From the IMG/VR virus record IMGVR_UViG_2695420855_000005, positions 1 to 18,451 of that record: a stretch of 18,451 nt of DNA. One strand, given 5' to 3'. A program made the translations under genes and the position numbers. The notes below the pieces were generated by a model. That model was not told the DNA's origin and ran no database searches. It saw nothing but the letters and a program-made list of their open reading frames with translations. This document shows positions 16,474-18,451 of the stretch, one piece after another (the stretch's first letter is position 1; each line of letters starts with the position of its first letter). The stretch comes from a virus (lineage: Duplodnaviria; Heunggongvirae; Uroviricota; Caudoviricetes).

Positions 16474-17493
16474 ATGCATTCAATATCGTTTGCTGAGGTG
16501 ACCGTGAGAGCACTGCTGACCCCTGAAATTGCCCCGCGTATGGGGATCGTATTGTTCAGACCCGGTTCAGAGCTGATGCCCCTGTTTATGCAGGGGCGTG
16601 TCCTGCTGGAGCCTGAGCCGGAACGTTATTCATCTTTCGCCAGCGGTGCCGTTCCGGCAGCATCACAACCGCTGGCGGATGATCCTGCCGTTCGGGCCGT
16701 GTTCCGCAATGAGGCAGTTATTTGTTGTACTGGTGGGGTGGAATGTCTTGAAAGCTGGTTACTTCGTGAAAAGGGCTGTCAGTGGCCTCATTCCGGATGG
16801 CACAGCGAGAACATGACCACAATGCGGCACGCGCCGGGTGCAATCCGTCTGTGCTGGCACTGTGACAATCTTCTCCGTGACCAGTTCACGGAACGGCTGG
16901 AAGCAATGGCAACGGATAACTGTGCCCGCTGGGTGTTATTTGTTGTGCGCCGTGATCTTGGTTTTGATGACAGTCACGTTGTGACAATGCCGGAACTGTG
17001 CTGGTGGCTGATTCGTAATGACCTGGCGGATGCCTTACCGGAAAGTGCAGCCCGTAAGGCACTGAGATTACCGAAGCCTGTTGTGCCGTCTGTCACCCGG
17101 GAAAGTGACCTTGTGCCTTCGGTTACTGCCACCAGCATCATCCAGGATAAGGCGAAAAAGGTGCTGGCGCTGAAAGTGGATCCGGAGTCGCCGGAGTCTT
17201 TTATGTTACGCCCAAAACGTCGTCGCTGGGTTAATGAAAAGTACACGCGCTGGGTTAAGACGCAGCCGTGTGCATGTTGTGGTAAGCCAGCCGACGATCC
17301 TCATCACCTGATTGGTCATGGTCAGGGTGGAATGGGTACAAAAGCGCATGACCTTTTTGTGTTGCCTTTGTGCAGAAAACACCATGACGAACTGCATGCG
17401 GATACCGTGGCATTTGAAGAGAAGTATGGTTCCCAACTGGAGCTGATATTTCGTTTTATCGATCGCGCGCTGGCGATTGGTGTGCTGTCCTGA
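16474..17493 (+). CDS. DUF968-like phage protein with C-terminal Cys/His (HNH-like zinc-binding) motif (alternative GTG start at 16504)
   Basis: C-terminal ...CACCGKPADDPHHLIGHGQGGMGTKAHDLFVLPLCRKHHDELH... resembles the HNH/zinc-finger signature of lambdoid nin-region proteins. Confidence 0.7.
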   Translation: MHSISFAEVTVRALLTPEIAPRMGIVLFRPGSELMPLFMQGRVLLEPEPERYSSFASGAVPAASQPLADDPAVRAVFRNEAVICCTGGVECLESWLLREKGCQWPHSGWHSENMTTMRHAPGAIRLCWHCDNLLRDQFTERLEAMATDNCARWVLFVVRRDLGFDDSHVVTMPELCWWLIRNDLADALPESAARKALRLPKPVVPSVTRESDLVPSVTATSIIQDKAKKVLALKVDPESPESFMLRPKRRRWVNEKYTRWVKTQPCACCGKPADDPHHLIGHGQGGMGTKAHDLFVLPLCRKHHDELHADTVAFEEKYGSQLELIFRFIDRALAIGVLS

Positions 17494-17510
17494 TTTTGTG
17501 GAGAAAGTTG

Positions 17511-17891
17511 ATGCGTGATATTCAGATGGTTCTTGAACGCTGGGGGGCATGGGCTGCAAGTGGTAACACCGGGGTGGACTATTCTCCGATCGCTGCCGGA
17601 TTCAAAGGACTTTTACCATCTGCCACTAAACCACGTCCGGCCTGCTGCGATGATGACGGACTTATCATTGAAAACTGTCTTGCTCGTCTGAAGCAGAAAA
17701 AACCTGAGGAGTATTCGCTTCTCATTGCTCATTATTTGTTGCGAATATCAAAAAGACAGATAGCCAGGACGAGAAAGAAAAGCGAAAAAGCAATACGAAT
17801 TGAGATGCAGATAGCCGAAGGGTTTATTGACGGATGTTTGTCTGTGCTGGGGGTAAGACTGGAGATGGACGACTGGCTGCTAAAAAAGTAA
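17511..17891 (+). CDS. Q: Late-gene antiterminator Q (phage 82/21-type family)
   Basis: MRDIQMVLERWGAWAASGN...PACCDDDGLIIENCLARLKQ... resembles Q-family antiterminators (from memory); followed by a strong intrinsic terminator; GGAG RBS. Confidence 0.8.
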   Translation: MRDIQMVLERWGAWAASGNTGVDYSPIAAGFKGLLPSATKPRPACCDDDGLIIENCLARLKQKKPEEYSLLIAHYLLRISKRQIARTRKKSEKAIRIEMQIAEGFIDGCLSVLGVRLEMDDWLLKK

Positions 17892-17960
17892 AAAATGATT
17901 AGTGCGGTCCGCAAAAAGTATGTCAGTATGTTAAGAGTGGTTACTTCGCCACACAGCTTA

Positions 17961-17985
17961 AACCCGCCGCGAGCGGGTTTTTTTA
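17961..17985 (+). terminator. Intrinsic terminator, tR'-like (cccgc-cgcga-gcggg + T7)
   Basis: GC-rich 5-6 bp stem followed by TTTTTTT about 70 nt after the Q stop. Confidence 0.7.
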
Positions 17986-18106
17986 TGGCTGAAATCGGTC
18001 CAGTACAGTAAACGTGCTGGTGGCGGTGAATACCTGTCTTTCAGCTTGCTGGCTTTTTCGACAAGAGTTATTGGTGTGTCACGTTAACCGGAAAAGGGAA
18101 AAAGAC

Positions 18107-18304
18107 ATGCTGAAACAGCAGGATATGACAGAAACCGCCAGAGTGGTGTTTAATGAATTAAGCGTCACCGAACCGGCGACAGTCGGGGAGATTGCGCAGA
18201 ATACTTACCTTTCACGCGAACGCTGCCAGTTAATACTGACCCAGCTGGTTATGGCGGGTCTGGCAGATTATCAGTTCGGTTGTTACAGACGCCTTCCTCA
18301 GTGA
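18107..18304 (+). CDS. Hypothetical small protein (65 aa from the ATG with AGGGA RBS), possibly winged-helix-like
   Basis: MLKQQDMTETARVVFNELSVTEPATVGEIAQNTYLSRERCQLILTQLVMAGLADYQFGCYRRLPQ; followed by a terminator. Confidence 0.5.
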   Translation: MLKQQDMTETARVVFNELSVTEPATVGEIAQNTYLSRERCQLILTQLVMAGLADYQFGCYRRLPQ

Positions 18305-18318
18305 AGGCTTTTTTATTT
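18291..18318 (+). terminator. Intrinsic terminator (gccttc-ctcagt-gaaggc + TTTTTTATTT) overlapping the stop of the small ORF
   Basis: Perfect 6-bp GC-rich stem followed by a T-run. Confidence 0.55.
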
Positions 18319-18451
18319 GTGGTAATGGGCGGCTGGTGGGTGTTAGCGGCACCTGCCAGCCATCTGCTCATGCGTTGGGGTCACAAGCAAACCTCAGGCC
18401 CACTGCTTTGCGCAAAAGCAGAATGAGCCTATCAGAGACAGGCTTAATGAT

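Larger units (their letters stand above)
3540..18451. mobile_element. Lambdoid prophage (left part; extends beyond the window) integrated in yecE
   Basis: Contiguous int, xis, cI, cro, Rha, O-like, DnaC-like, DnaB-like and Q genes in canonical lambdoid order; integrase 3' end abuts the disrupted host gene. Confidence 0.85.

Noticed and set aside
17892-18451. Shiga-toxin (stxAB) or tRNA cargo downstream of Q, as in many yecE-integrated lambdoid phages
   Set aside because: No A-subunit or B-subunit-like ORF and no tRNA-like sequence is present in the 560 nt after Q; only a 65-aa ORF and terminators. Cargo further downstream, outside the window, cannot be excluded.

Overview
The window is an Escherichia coli-type chromosomal segment (5'-truncated torZ-like fragment, REP elements, cmoB, cmoA, yecN, yecE, all but torZ on the minus strand) followed from about nt 3540 by the left ~15 kb of a lambdoid prophage inserted into the 5' end of yecE; the prophage runs past the window end. 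All calls rest on reading the sequence and the supplied ORF translations, with family assignments from memory; no database search was run. Prophage order: tyrosine integrase, excisionase, an AT-rich accessory early-left region of uncharacterised genes (including a small membrane protein translationally coupled to an SPFH/band-7 lipoprotein, a 60 aa + 190 aa cassette, and a tandem-HTH protein followed by a small paralogue of its own N-terminal domain), a CI-like repressor (HTH + S24 peptidase) with divergent Cro-like gene, two Rha-family genes flanking a FinO/ProQ-domain gene, a replication module (initiator with internal iterons, DnaC-like loader, DnaB-like helicase), a DUF968/HNH-like protein, Q antiterminator and a tR'-like terminator. 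No rRNA, tRNA, CRISPR array, IS element or Shiga-toxin gene was seen. The best candidates for something undescribed are the prophage FinO/ProQ-domain gene with a possible adjacent small RNA, and the accessory early-left region, which has no recognisable N, Red/RecET, kil or cIII functions. The apparent 5' truncation of the torZ-like gene is unexplained.
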